In this document: one piece after another, positions 23,598-37,460 of the stretch
Layout of the letters: the number at the start of each line of letters is the position of its first letter
Numbering within the stretch: the stretch's first letter is position 1
NCBI RefSeq assembly: GCF_001194135.2
Contig: NC_068994.1
Coordinates: 57,415,194-57,479,193 of the forward strand
Reading direction: 5' to 3'
Length of the DNA: 64,000 bases
Origin: Octopus bimaculoides
Lineage: Eukaryota
The notes under the pieces: model-generated
Database searches by the model: none
What the model saw: only the letters and a program-made list of their open reading frames with translations
What the model was told of the DNA's origin: nothing
Program-made: the position numbers and the translations under genes

Positions 23598-25363
23598 GCC
23601 ACTTGTGAGTCAGTAAAACTGGATGCGGTACTTGCATATCTANNNNNNNNNNNNNNNNNNNNNNNNNNNNNNNNNNNNNNNNNNNNNNNNNNNNNNNNNN
23701 NNNNNNNNNNNNNNNNNNNNNNNNNNNNNNNNNNNNNNNNNNNNNNNNNNNNNNNNNNNNNNNNNNNNNNNNNNNNNNNNNNNNNNNNNNNNNNNNNNNN
23801 NNNNNNNNNTGTGTGTGTGTGTGTCTGTGTCTGTGTATCTCTGTGTAATGTTAATGTTTTCTGATGTATTCATTCTACGTGCTGATCTCTGTCAGCGTAG
23901 AATCTTGGAGGAATACTGTTATGGAGTTGTAGTGCATTTCTGTAATAAAATGTGTCTTTGTCGTTCACAAATATATTTTGAGGCAAGGGAAAAATAACGG
24001 AGAAGGAAAACTAGAAATTTCATTCTTTGAAATGAATACAGATTGTTATGAATGGGAACACAATGAAAATTGTTAATTAATTTATTTTTCCTCGAGTCTG
24101 TAACTTGTTTTGTATTGTTTAATTTAAATTGATTTTGAAAACATTCTTTTTCATTGTTTCCCTTTCATATGCAGTTAATTGTTCGACTAATTCTTCATTG
24201 ATGTCTTAGTTTGATCAATGTTGTCAACTTGTAGCCTCAGCATCAATTCTTATCTCGTATCTAAACTTTTAACCAAGAGAATGAAAAGCAGTAAACCTGA
24301 CCTTTAGAAGCTTCCTTCCACGATTATTAAAACTGACGGAGCCGAGAGCACAGCCGGACGATTAACACGTCAACATCTGCGAAAAATGACCTGTACAAAT
24401 AGGAGAAAAACAGAACGTCGATGCCACGCTTTTGCAGCAGTTTCACCTTTGCGTTAGGCAAATAAGAAAAAGCGGCATTAGTGTTAATTCTATCTTCTAG
24501 TCTGAATTGCAACATAGTAAATTGTGGTAAAATTAGCTATGAACGAACTTGGGTCAAGGGTTATGTTCAAGGTTTGGCATCTCGCCCATCTTGTATATAA
24601 TCGCTCTTTGTATCCAAGGCAGCAACCAGATCTCTCTCACATTTCACCCCACAGCATCGTTTTGGAAAAAGATGTATTAGATAATGGATAATGGGGTCCT
24701 GTTGTCCTTACATACAAGAACAAAACGGAGTAGTCACGGCTGGAATACTTTTGATCATAGTCTGAATAACTGAAAGAGGAAATTTTGGTAGCGACACTGA
24801 TGGAACAACTGTCTAGAGTCAAGTTTAGGCTTAGGGAATGTTCTAGACATCTCACTCGTCCTGTCCGTTGACGCTTTGCCTACCAAAAACAGCAGACAAA
24901 TTTCCATCAAATTTTATCTGAAATTCTTTGCAAAAACAAGAAATTAAATAATAGGATTCTGTGTTCCTTGCTTATGGGAAAAAGACTGAGTGGACACGGC
25001 CGTGTTGCCTTTGATCATAATCCTACATTACTAGTACTGACCTAGGGTTAAACAAAACAACAACATCAACACACAGGTGGTGGTGTATAGAGATGGTCGT
25101 AAATATCTAATGGATTGGATGGCTTCCATAAAAGAAACTAAAATCATTTATCAATAAGCCCATGGTTGTTCCATTATATCAGGATTTATATCAACATATA
25201 TCTTTATTCTAATAGAAAACCAATGAAAAAATAACAGAAAATTAATGATTCTCCGCCCCCAAAGTCATTCATTTGCCTTTCGTGATGAAGTACAATAAAT
25301 ACATGAGCTTTCGTTTCTTCAGCGGCATTTTTGTTAGAAACCAACAAAAATAACTTGTAACTC

Positions 25364-25396
<33 letters not shown>

Positions 25397-25458
25397 NNNN
25401 NNNNNNTTTAAAAAATAAATAATAGCAACAATATTAACAACAAAACAACAACGACAAC

Positions 25459-25544
<86 letters not shown>

Positions 25545-26179
25545 TGCAAAGATAAATAAATCTATTATTTCTTTCCAATGACGTTTTACAATAAGATAGA
25601 GTCATTTTATTTAATGTCAACTTCCTTGCAATTGAACGATAAAACATTTTCCCGCAATAAATCACTAACGTATCACGCGTACACTAAAGAATAATACAGT
25701 TAATGATTCTTTAAAATGGAAGGCAAAAATACAATCCTTCGTTGGATTTATCCATTTATCATTTAAGATAATTCAAATTTACCACTATAAACATCTCAAA
25801 TTATTTTACTTGAAAAATTTGGCGTGATAACAGGAAAAATTGAAAGTAATGTATTATCCCACACTATTTTTTTTTCCTTCGTTTTTATTTTAGCTTCGAT
25901 TTGAAATTCTATTTTATATTACAATCTTTATATTGTATCTTTAATATATCTAAATTAATTTGATGGCGCTGGATTTGCAGAATGCGGATACCAATGGACA
26001 GTACGCCTTACAGTATTTAATTACAGACGTTTTTATTCTCTGTTTAAATCACGGAACTATCACCTTTGCATTTCATCTGACATCGGTAGAGGAAGCGTTA
26101 GTCAGGTACTAGAGTCGTTACAATCAACTACTCGCGCCACCATAATTTTGTCTCCTTATTTAGAAATCGTTGTATTTTA

Positions 26180-26605
26180 TTCTAATTTAGGCACAAGGCT
26201 AACGGGTTTGGGGTGGGGTTTCGCCGATGCCATCGACACCAATATTTGTCAGGTGCTTTAATTTATCGACTCTGAAAGAATGAAAAGCGAAGTTAACTTT
26301 AGCAAGATTTGAACTCATGGCGTATAGAGTAGGAAAACATTTTTCCCGACAACGTTGTCATCCGAAAATGAAACAATCCTAATCGCCTGCCCTCAATAAT
26401 GATATCGGTTTCAAATGTTGGCACAAGGCCAGCAATTTCGGGTGTGGGGGTAAGTCGATGTAATCGACCACAGTGTACAACTGGTACTTATTTTATCGAA
26501 TTCCAAAGGATGAAAGGCAAAATCAACCGTGGCAGAATTAGAACTCAGAACGTAAAGGCGGACGAAAAACTGCGAAGCCTTTTGCCCGGCCTCCTAACGA
26601 TCTAC
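26180..26605 (-). mobile_element. Two head-to-tail SINE family A copies (about 26180-26393 and 26404-26605)
   Basis: Each has GGCACAAGGC...ATGAAAxGC.AA...TT.GAACTCA. Confidence 0.8.
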
Positions 26606-26699
26606 TATATCGAGCAAATTGAAACTTGCACACAGCTACTGTCGATACATGGTTCGGAACTAACTTGTTGTTTAGCCACCAGGTCATCTCTAAACGTAC

Positions 26700-26880
26700 T
26701 AGAGTCTACACAGCCTATGACCAAATATGTTATTTCCATTATAGGAACGTATTTACTACGTGGAAATGAATTCCAAGCTGGAAAACAAATCATTTTACTA
26801 AATATGTCCTCATGACCACGTCGTTTGTAGAAGTTTTTAAATAGTTCGGTGAAATTATTCTGTGCAACTGAAAACGAAAA
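26700..26880 (-). mobile_element. Possible decayed CR1/L2-type LINE C-terminal fragment
   Basis: Minus ORF contains IFSKMICFPAWNSFP, weakly resembling the FFS.RV..AWNSLP end motif; flanks do not match well. Confidence 0.25.
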
Positions 26881-28239
26881 GCAATGTTGAACCTCTATTT
26901 GGACCACTACAATAATAACAACTATCTTTCTTCTAAGATTTCCCTAACCTTCTTTCTATTCTCAGGACTATATCATTAATGCGCCCTTTCTTTCTTAAAA
27001 CATTGGGATAATTTTTCTAGAAAGCCGATCTTCTCCGTAGAGACTCCTTCGTTAAATTGACAGGACACTCGTATCACATATTGCTAGAGCTCATTGTTTT
27101 AAGCAATATCCGTATCATCAGGGATTTCTAAGACAGGCACCAAACAACACATTTTCAACAAGGTTATTGTAATTTATTAAAACCTCAATAATTGAATGGT
27201 ACTTTATTTTTATCGGTATTTGACTAGAAAATGTGATGTGCCGTAAGTAAATGTCGTAATCTATTTTGTCCAGAGGTCTGACGATTGTACAAATACATCG
27301 CCACAGGAAATTCATTGCTCCTGTATTTATACCACAAAATTTGAACCATGAAACATTGACAATCGCTGTTAAGTTGCACTTAGTACACAGCTTAGCGAGA
27401 GTATCTCTCTGCTAAGACCACTTGCTATCAATTTTTCGACACAAAGGTAATTCAGTGGTGGTGGCGACCCCTACTACACATAATTTTGTTATTACAAAGT
27501 CTAATGAGAAAATCAATTTTCTACTGAACCCGCAGACAATTTTATGAGTGAAATTTATAAACGACACATTTGATAATTGGAAATCTTCAATTACATCAAC
27601 AAAATATGTATAGTTGAAGTGATATGATGATGTGTACGGTATGATACCTGGCGTACTATTAATAATAAGAACTATTTATAATAACTTAATTACCAAACTG
27701 CAACTTCGTAAAGGCATTCTATTATTCACTGGAATTTTAATAAATAGATATGAATTAATATTTAAAAAGCAACAACATTATAATGTCAAGTTTATAAATT
27801 ATTTTAAATTGCCCTGACTACAATTTGCTTTTAATTGTAGGATACAAATAGCTGAAGTATTGTATTTTGTGTTTGCTTCAGCATCTGTGTCTGATGTTGT
27901 TTGTCGACGATATTTCAACATTAAAACCTGTTAACAAAATGCGAATAAAATTTCTTTTGTAACACAATATTTCATCGATCGCTCTGCTTTTTGAATATAA
28001 AGTGTTTCGCCTCAACTGAGGACCTCTAACATATTTCTTTTCCGAAAATTAATTCATTCGTTTTATTGAAAATTAAAGTGGTATATTAACTCAAGAGGAC
28101 ATAGAGAGAGAGGAAGAAAAAGGGTTTTTAGGAAGCCAAACCATTCAAATATATTTTCTGTTCTTTCTCTCTCTCTTCTTTCTTCTCATATTCTTATTCT
28201 CTGTCAACTTCGCCTCTACTTCTTCCTCGTTTTCTCATT

Positions 28240-28245
28240 GACATT

Positions 28246-28323
<78 letters not shown>

Positions 28324-28692
28324 GCTTAGCTTCTTTCTCAATATTTCGCTTCTCCTCTTTCTTTTATTTCTCCTCATTTTCATCCTCTTCGTCATCATCA
28401 CCACCAACATCATCATCATCATCATCGTCATTTTCTTCTTCTTCTTCTTCTTCTTCTTCTTCTTCTTCTTCTTCTTCTTCTTCTTCTTCTTCTCCTTCTT
28501 CTTCTGCTGCTGCTGCTGCTGCTGCTTCCCTCCTCTTCATTATTACTATAATTGTTGTTGTTGTTATCTTCATTATCATCGTCCTCATTCTCCCCAACAC
28601 CGTCATTACCATCTTCATCTTCCTCCCCCTCCACTTCCTCCTCCTCATCATCATCATCATCACCACCATCATCATCACCACCATCATCATCA
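28240..28692. repeat. Compound trinucleotide array (TTC, TTA, ATC, CTG, CAT)
   Basis: Direct inspection. Confidence 0.95.
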
Positions 28693-29074
28693 CGTCTCAA
28701 ACGATTAATGCCAGGTCCTTCTACACTACCACGTGTTCCTCCATTCACCTCAGGTATATGCAGTTATTGTCTCTTTGAAAGGGGTGTGGGTGGGGAGGAA
28801 GGAAGTGAATGAAGAAGTTTCTTCCTATCCACCTCATCATTTATGCATTGTTGTGGAATTTGCTTGGCTTCTTTCAGGTCATATTGTTTACTTTCGTCTA
28901 TTGTGCAGAGCATGCGCAATGTGAGCCGAATGTTATTTTATCGGGTTACCATCTGGGTTTCGAGTGTGCAGTATGACAGGTGTCAGGTGATGACAGTGTG
29001 AACCAGTGGTTCTCATCCAGGGCCCATTAGGCATGCTAGATTATTATTATTATCATTACCTTTGTGATAAAGAG

Positions 29075-29120
<46 letters not shown>

Positions 29121-29121
<1 letters not shown>

Positions 29122-29688
29122 TGCAGTACGAGACAGTGGCTCTCGTGGCTTCTGATCTTAACTGATTGGAAGTGTTATCATATATATTGTTTTGTCTTGG
29201 TATAAAAGACGGGCTACAGCAAATATTCTGCTTAATACCACAGATTTGCTTGTCAGTTGTTTGACCGTAACCAGTTGAGCATGTCCCTTAGTGGCTGACG
29301 ATATGGGCATCTCTGATCACGAGCAGAAGTAGTGGGGGAGCATCATAGCCATGTGTTGAGAGGAATTCTTTGGGGTTTGGATAATTCACCTCTGGAAACA
29401 TGGGTACTTTGTTCATCATCTTTAAACAACCCTTATTCAGGGACCTTTTGAACAGAATGAGCTACTCAACCCGAAGAAAATTCTAACAGGGTCCCACCTG
29501 CAAGGCCATGCGCTGTTTGTCTTGACATGAGATCACCACACAGCACGCATATGGTTGTGACGCACGTGTACCCTTATCAGACGGGTAGTCACGTACCCTT
29601 ATCAGACTGGTAATCATGATATGTACCCTGGGCTTCGTATAAATGTAACCCCTGTCACTTTGATGCCATGCACTTCTCTCTCACTCAA
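29121..29688. mobile_element. ~570-bp non-coding interspersed element embedded in (AAT)n
   Basis: Complex sequence GCAGTACGAGACAGTGGCTCTC...CTCTCTCACTC bounded by (AAT)n on both sides; recognised from memory as an abundant octopus repeat; internal duplication of GTACCCTTATCAGAC. Confidence 0.7.
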
Positions 29689-29689
29689 T

Positions 29690-29973
29690 AATGATAATAG
29701 TGATAATAATAATAATAATAACAACAACAATAATAATAATAATACCAACAACAACAACGACGACGACAACGACGATGATGATGATGATGATGACGTCGTC
29801 GACGACGATGATGATGATGATGATGATTGTGCTCGTAGTGGTAGTGGTGGTGATGACTTCGATGACAACGACCACGACAACGGGAAAGTTGATGATGATG
29901 ATGATGATGATGATGATCAGAAGGAGGAGAAGCAGGAGTTGGTAGTGGTGTTATAGTGATGCTGACGTCCGCG

Positions 29974-30014
<41 letters not shown>

Positions 30015-30645
30015 GTTGATGATGACGATGATTACAATGAAGTTGATCGCATTCCTTCTTTTCCTTCGTCTCTTTTTCCTTCACATCTTCATTCACCCTG
30101 TACGTCTCTCTATTCATCATCTAAATTCTCTTTCTTTCCTTTGCTCTCATCTTCTTTCCTCCCTCCTTCATTCAACCGTTTTCATTTGCATCTCTTTCCT
30201 CTGCATTTCCTCTTCCTTCCTCTCTTCACCTCTATCTTCGTCTCATTCTTTTTTTTTTCATCCATTCCCCTTCTCTTTCTTCATCTCCGCTTTTTCATTC
30301 GTTCTCCTCTTTCTTCTTCATTCCTCTACCTCTTTCTCCGTCGCCTCTTCCTCCATCTCTTCACCTGCTTTTCCTTCATCTCTTCTCCTTCGCTTTCTTC
30401 ATCTCTCTTTTCATTCATTCATTCATCTCTCTCTCTTATTCATTCCTCCACCTCTTTCTTCACCTCCTCTTCCTTCATCTCGTCATCTCTTTCTTCATCT
30501 CCTCTTTCTTCAATCACCCACCTTCTCTCTCTTCTCCCTCCCTGCACCTCTTTCTTCCCCTCCCCTTCTTTCATCTCTTCTTCTTCTTCTCTTTCTTCTT
30601 CTTCTTCTTCTTCTTCTTCTTCTTCTTCTTCTTCTTCTTCTTCGC
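29690..30645. repeat. Compound AAT/GAT/ATT repeats followed by a ~600-bp CT-rich polypyrimidine tract
   Basis: Direct inspection. Confidence 0.9.
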
Positions 30646-31993
30646 AATTATTCAATATTTAAGGGGTTTCACATTGCTTTCAACACATTCACAAAGTTAG
30701 ATATTTAAAATGCTTCTTAATGTTAAGATAATCAATAAAGCTGTTATTTGCTATTAATGTTCGGCTAAAGGAGTTGAGAAATCAATATCGAACGACTTCA
30801 ATTTTTTTTTTTTATATACATATATTTTCATTTTTTTTTTTTTTTTTCAGAAATGAAAATAAAATTAAAAAGAAAAAAAAAATTAGAAAAAGTACATTCA
30901 CCTATTCACGATCCATCAATGAAGTATTTCATGTTTTCCAGAAACCTGTAGATTCTTATTCACGTGCAAACAAGCGTGTTTACGCGTTTACTGCTTGATA
31001 ATATATATGTGTGTGTGGGTGCATATTTGTGCACATGTATATGTTTATGTGGATGCACATATGTATGTATATATATATNNNNNNNNNNNNNNNNNNNNNN
31101 NNNNNNNNNNNNNNNNNNNNNNNNNNNNNNNNNNNNNNNNNNNNNNNNNNNNNNNNNNNNNNNNNNNNNNNNNNNNNNNNNNNNNNNNNNNNNNNNNNNN
31201 NNNNNNNNNNNNNNNNNNNNNNNNNNNNNNNNNNNNNNNNNNNNNNNNNNNNNNNNNNNNNNNNNNNNNNNNNNNNNNNNNNNNNNNNNNNNNNNNNNNN
31301 NNNNNNNNNNNNNNNNNNNNNNNNNNNNNNNNNNNNNNNNNNNNNNNNNNNNNNNNNNNNNNNNNNNNNNNNNNNNNNNNNNNNNNNNNNNNNNNNNNNN
31401 NNNNNNNNNNNNNNNNNNNNNNNNNNNNNNNNNNNNNNNNNNNNNNNNNNNNNNNNNNNNNNNNNNNNNNNNNNNNNNNNNNNNNNNNNNNNNNNNNNNN
31501 NNNNNNNNNNNNNNNNNNNNNNNNNNNNNNNNNNNNNNNNNNNNNNNNNNNNNNNNNNNNNNNNNNNNNNNNNNNNNNNNNNNNNNNNNNNNNNNNNNNN
31601 NNNNNNNNNNNNNNNNNNNNNNNNNNNNNNNNNNNNNNNNNNNNNNNNNNNNNNNNNNNNNNNNNNNNNNNNNNNNNNNNNNNNNNNNNNNNNNNNNNNN
31701 NNNNNNNNNNNNNNNNNNNNNNNNNNNNNNNNNNNNNNNNNNNNNNNNNNNNNNNNNNNNNNNNNNNNNNNNNNNNNNNNNNNNNNNNNNNNNNNNNNNN
31801 NNNNNNNNNNNNNNNNNNNNNNTATATATATATATATGTATATATATATGCGTGTGTGTACATAGGTATGTATATATATATTTATACATACACATACATA
31901 TATTGTATATTTGAAATATATTTATTTATATATGCATAAACGTAAATGTATGTATGCATGTGTATATATGTGTATGTATATAAATATATATGT

Positions 31994-32037
<44 letters not shown>

Positions 32038-32129
32038 CTGTGTAACCGAGTGTGTAGGTGTGTATATCAATAGCGCTGGCACAGTGACTTTGATTTGAGG
32101 AGGGCTGTGGGTGGTGTTCGTATTTTGTG

Positions 32130-32445
32130 AACTAATATTAAAGAAAATCTCCTGATCTTAGCTGATATTAAAGAAAGTCAGGTCTGTACCAATATTTAAC
32201 AGAACACGTTGATGCATATGACAAATTGAATTAAAGAAATTCAACTAGTATGTACCAATATCAAAGGTATGAACTAACTTGTACCAACATTAAAGAGAAA
32301 TTCTAATGCTTTTTCCAAAATCAAAAGAGAACATTCTAATATATACCTATATTAAAAGAAAGCAAACTATTCTAATGTTATAATAATGTGAGAAACTGAA
32401 AGAAAACAAACACCTTCGTTCTTTATATATGCCAATATTAACGTC
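32130..32445. repeat. Cryptic ~27-30-bp minisatellite with core GTACCAATATTAAAGAGAA
   Basis: About 9 diverged copies, e.g. TGTACCAATATTTAACAG, TGTACCAATATCAAAGG, TGTACCAACATTAAAGAG. Confidence 0.65.
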
Positions 32446-32657
32446 AATTTCTGCGCTAGTGTGGCGAGAGAGTTTGGCTAAAATGTCTGGCACTATTTAC
32501 AATTCTTTCGGAAAGTTTCTAAGTTAATCGAAGTATTAAATAATATACAAGTTGCTGTTGCCGTCGTCGTCGTTGTTCTTCTTCTTCTTCTCCTCCTCCT
32601 CCTCCTTCTCCTTCTCCTCCCCCTCCTCCTCCTCCTCCTCCTCTTCCTTCTTCTTTG

Positions 32658-33045
32658 GATATAAAGCTGTCCTCATCTACAAGACGTATAATCAGAGATC
32701 GACGGTCCATCTATGACTATCCGATCAGTTGCTTTTGTTGTTCAGATATAAATAAGTCTGCATCTAGAAGACTTATAATCAGTGATTGACGCTCCATGTG
32801 TGACCATCCAGTCAATTGTTCTTGTTTAGATAGGGGCCAGCCTTCATCTACAAGACCGAAGACCTACGATCGGTGACGAACGCTCCTTCTATGACCATCC
32901 AGTCAAGCTAAGTCTTCCTATAAAAGACATACGATCAATGACGCATGCGCCATCTGCAACCATCATGTCGCTTGTTCTTGTTGTTTAGAAATAAACCCAT
33001 CTAAAAGGACGACGATCAATAGCAGACGATCAATAGCAGACGACA
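32658..33045. repeat. Diverged ~85-bp tandem repeat, about 5 copies
   Basis: CATCTA(C/G)AAGAC anchors at 32674, 32761, 32845, ~32917 and ~32998, each of the first four followed by a GA(T/C).GACG.TCCAT.T.TGACCATCC-like block. Confidence 0.8.
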
Positions 33046-33270
33046 CTTCAATTGTGATCAGCTAGTCAGTTTTTTCGTCACTGCTTCATTTATTTCTGTT
33101 CAAGACAGAGAATATCAAAGATCAAATTATACAATGTGGCCCTCATTTCAAAAGAAAACAGTTCGTGTGATTGGGTTCCTGTTTTTGACCTGTTTGTCTT
33201 ATTGTATTACGGTAACACCAGTTCAATCATTTTAGAACCTGCGAGGAAATTCGTGAAGGTCTATCTTCGT

Positions 33271-33452
33271 TTCAATTTTTGGCGCAAGGCCAGCAATTTC
33301 GAGAGGGGGCTAAGTCGATTAGAACGACCCCAGTGCTCAACTGATATGCATTTTACCGACCCTGGCAGCTTTTGAACTCAGAATGTAAAGTCGGAAGAAA
33401 TACCGCGAATCCTTTTTGTCCGGCATGGTAACGTTTCTGCTAGTTCGCTGCC
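33271..33452 (-). mobile_element. SINE family A with internal deletion
   Basis: GGCGCAAGGCCAGCAATTTC...TTTGAACTCAGAATGTAAAGTCGG...GCTAGTTCGCTGCC. Confidence 0.8.
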
Positions 33453-33929
33453 TTAGCGAGGCCCAATATTAAAATCACAATTCATTAACGTTCGAATATT
33501 GAATGCAGCACTAATAATACAAATTATTGATACAATATCAATGGATAAGAAGAGAAAATATTGGACAAGATGTAACAGCAATAAAGAACTAATATGAAAC
33601 AATATTAAGGGGGGAAAGCGGAGTAGCTACATACCCCAACAGGGGGGGAACGAGAGAGAGGGAGAGAGAGGGAGAAAGAGGGAGAGAGAGGGAGAGGATC
33701 CCTACTAACTTGTTGTTGGAAGAAGACAAACAAATATTGACATTTGTTTCCTTTCAATATGGAGCCTTTATTTCGTTGGATAATAATTTCCTCAAAATGG
33801 AGCTTTGCATAAAATATTTATTGAAGTATCAAAAGCATGTCGGGTTTAACCCAACTTTTCATCTTGCCGGAACGGCGCGAATAATAGCCAGTCAAATACT
33901 TGAGACACACCAGTAATAATCGCCGCAGG

Positions 33930-33934
33930 TAGTG

Positions 33935-34004
<70 letters not shown>

Positions 34005-34033
34005 CAGCAGCAGCAGTAGCAGTAGCGGTAGCG

Positions 34034-34091
<58 letters not shown>

Positions 34092-34140
34092 CAGTAGCAG
34101 TAGTAGCAGTAGTAGCGGTAGTAGTAGTAGTTGTTGTTGC
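33930..34140. repeat. (GTA/GCA)n trinucleotide array
   Basis: Direct inspection. Confidence 0.95.
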
Positions 34141-34200
34141 TGTTGTTTCAGAGCGGTGGTGTATTTGATGAAATGCCTTGTCGTACTTAGTTCCTAGAAG

Positions 34201-34296
34201 GCCGTCAGGTGGTCAGAAACCGTCGGCACGGCGGACAATATGCTTAGCGACTTTGAGTTCGTCTTTACGTTCTGAGTTCAAATTCTGCCGAAGCGA
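34201..34296 (+). mobile_element. SINE family A, 5' part
   Basis: ATGCTTAGCG...TCTTTACGTTCTGAGTTCAAATTCTGCCGA. Confidence 0.75.
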
Positions 34297-34762
34297 TATT
34301 GTAGAACCGCCCAGCCCCACCCCCGATGACTACCTCTTTTAAATTCTATTCCAGAGAATTTGTCGCATTCTCTCCTTTTATTTCTGAAAATGCTCAGTCG
34401 GTATCTTGCCCTCATTTACAAAGTTATTCCTACAACCTAAACATGAAGGACGAATAACAGAATTTCTAAAATCATTATTAAAAAAAAAAAAAGATTTAAT
34501 ACGTAAAAAAAATTCTTCTGAAGCCATTATCACGTGATGGAAACGTTAGGTTGTTCTCTGTAAATAAGAGATATGTTTGTGTGAGTGCGTGTCTAGTGTC
34601 TCTGTGAACAGCAATATGTACGTATGTATGTATGTATGTATGAATGTATACGTACATGTGTGTGTCTGTGTGTGTTCGTGCGGGTGTATGTAAATGCTTA
34701 GGCATTATATAACTACAAACGCACATTAACAATCTATCGCACATGCGATAAGCCACACTACT

Positions 34763-34800
<38 letters not shown>

Positions 34801-34836
34801 GCATAGATAGATCGATAGATAGATAGATAGATAGAA

Positions 34837-34867
<31 letters not shown>

Positions 34868-34868
34868 G

Positions 34869-34933
<65 letters not shown>

Positions 34934-37235
34934 TGCATATATATAGACATATAAATACATACCAACGTCAATGTCTACTTACCTATAAATACATACTTAC
35001 AGACGTATATACATTAATTCCTACCTACCTAGCGACTTACATACATACATAAAGACATACATACATGTACACATACATCGATACAAACTTGGATACACAC
35101 GCATACATACGCATACCTATGTACACGCATGCGTACCATTTCGACTCACTTAAACATTTTGCTTGCGTATGCAGCTTTTCGCATGCTGTTACAGCATTAA
35201 GAACGCGTAGGTCATCGTTGTTCTGTCTTTGAGTTTTTCTAAAAAGAATAAATATCGATTCCATTGTCAAGAAAATCTTTATTCAGTTTCGGCAGTCTTT
35301 CTTTTGATAATATTTTCTCTAATGCTTCAATCGCATGTTCCTACCGAAATCGAATTCAATAAGTGACTACGTCGTACTAAGAAGTGAAATGAAACATACT
35401 CTGGGCCTCTCATCTACGTCTTTGGAGAGACACATCACAGCTTGCTCAAGGTATTAAATGATGTGTTCAGTTTTCTTTTTCTTTCCAATGTTGAGGAATG
35501 TAGTGTTCGACGCAAATAAGATGCGGTAGATAAAGAAATAAATATAAATATATAGAGAATATAAATGATGATGATGATCATCATCGTCATCATCATCATC
35601 ATCCTCATCGTCATCATCATCATCATCATCATCATTATGACGGAGGAAGATGATTGTGGCGGTGGCGGTGGTGCACCTGGTAATGGTTTTGGTCGTCGTG
35701 GTCGTCGCGTGGTTTTGATGGTGACGATTTATTTTATTTGTCACACGGGTGTCTGATGAGGAGGCCATTACAAGGACAGTTTACAATTTGTGTGGAGATT
35801 TCCGTAAACGATGAGGGAAAGGGGGAGCAGAAGGTAGGAGAAGAAAGGCGGAGGAATGAAATAAAATGTAAATAGTAATAGTACACAAAATACGTGAACA
35901 CAAGGATGATACAGTCCTGATAGAAGAGAACCTCCTCCACCAATGAAGAAACTTAATTGCTCAAATAAAGGATCGATTAATATGCATGATTAATACGCAG
36001 AATTTTGGAATTTGCCAGTCTATCCGAAACGTGCGTCAGCTGATTAAGTAATGTATAATCCTCCATTCTTTTGAATTTTTTCTATATATTTAGTTATGGC
36101 TACTCTATGCGTTCCGTATGCGCTTGTGTCACTTTTTGTGTCAACCAGTGTAAATAAGTGTTGCGCCCTTTTCTAGTAAAAGCAGATCTACTAGCCATTC
36201 GATAAACAGAGAACGATAAAATAAGTGCCTGAGATTCGGTGCAATCGGTTAGAAATACTTTACGTTTGTGCTCCAGTATGCGCAGGTTTCACTAACTGTA
36301 GCCAATAGTTACATGAATAACTGCACTGATAAATACATGTGACATGTATTATACCGGTGTATCAACAGCTCTAAATTTGATTAACAACATCCTACGTTGA
36401 TGCAATCAAATCATCAGTTATTATTACTAAACACTGTTTCAATATGCTGTCTAATGTAAAAATCCCTCTTCCACCAACAGGATTATGGGTCATATACGGC
36501 ATTCACTAAGTTTACCGCCAAAGTAACGATCAGCAACCAAATGAGTCGTCAGCGTGGATGTATATCCGTATGTAGCCTGTGCGTACATTTATACACCACA
36601 CTCTCTATTTCTCTTTCTGCATGCATATATATATATATATATATATATATANNNNNNNNNNNNNNNNNNNNNNNNNNNNNNNNNNNNNNNNNNNNNNNNN
36701 NNNNNNNNNNNNNNNNNNNNNNNNNNNNNNNNNNNNNNNNNNNNNNNNNNNNNNNNNNNNNNNNNNNNNNNNNNNNNNNNNNNNNNNNNNNNNNNNNNNN
36801 NNNNNNNNNNNNNNNNNNNNNNNNNNNNNNNNNNNNNNNNNNNNNNNNNNNNNNNNNNNNNNNNNNNNNNNNNNNNNNNNNNNNNNNNNNNNNNNNNNNN
36901 NNNNNNNNNNNNNNNNNNNNNNNNNNNNNNNNNNNNNNNNNNNNNNNNNNNNNNNNNNNNNNNNNNNNNNNNNNNNNNNNNNNNNNNNNNNNNNNNNNNN
37001 NNNNNNNNNNNNNNNNNNNNNNNNNNNNNNNNNNNNNNNNNNNNNNNNNNNNNNNNNNNNNNNNNNNNNNNNNNNNNNNNNNNNNNNATATATATATATA
37101 TATATATATACATATGCATGTATATGTGTGTGTGTGTCTATCTGTGTGTGTATATTTGTATGTATTTATGTATGCTTGTATAGAAGAATGCATGCATACA
37201 TGTATGCATGTGTGTAGGTATATTTATCTCTTTCC

Positions 37236-37290
<55 letters not shown>

Positions 37291-37426
37291 ATGTAAAATG
37301 TCACGTTTTTACAGAGAAGCTGCAGATCACACACACGATACAAGCCTCATCAATACTGAACCATCACTCATATACTTACATACACACACACATATATACA
37401 TACACACACACATAGATACACACATC

Positions 37427-37460
<34 letters not shown>

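Noticed and set aside
24637-24900. Minus-strand ORF with a GTAAGG donor (YSDYDQKYSSRDYSVLFLY)
   Set aside because: No recognisable homology and ambiguous acceptors; not supportable
28877-28919. AG/GT-bounded 43-nt segment VILFTFVYCAEH, vaguely like a Kv channel S5 helix
   Set aside because: Too short, similarity weak, and no pore exon nearby
32658-33045. CRISPR-like array
   Set aside because: Eukaryotic context, whole units are homologous with no unique spacers, and there are no cas genes
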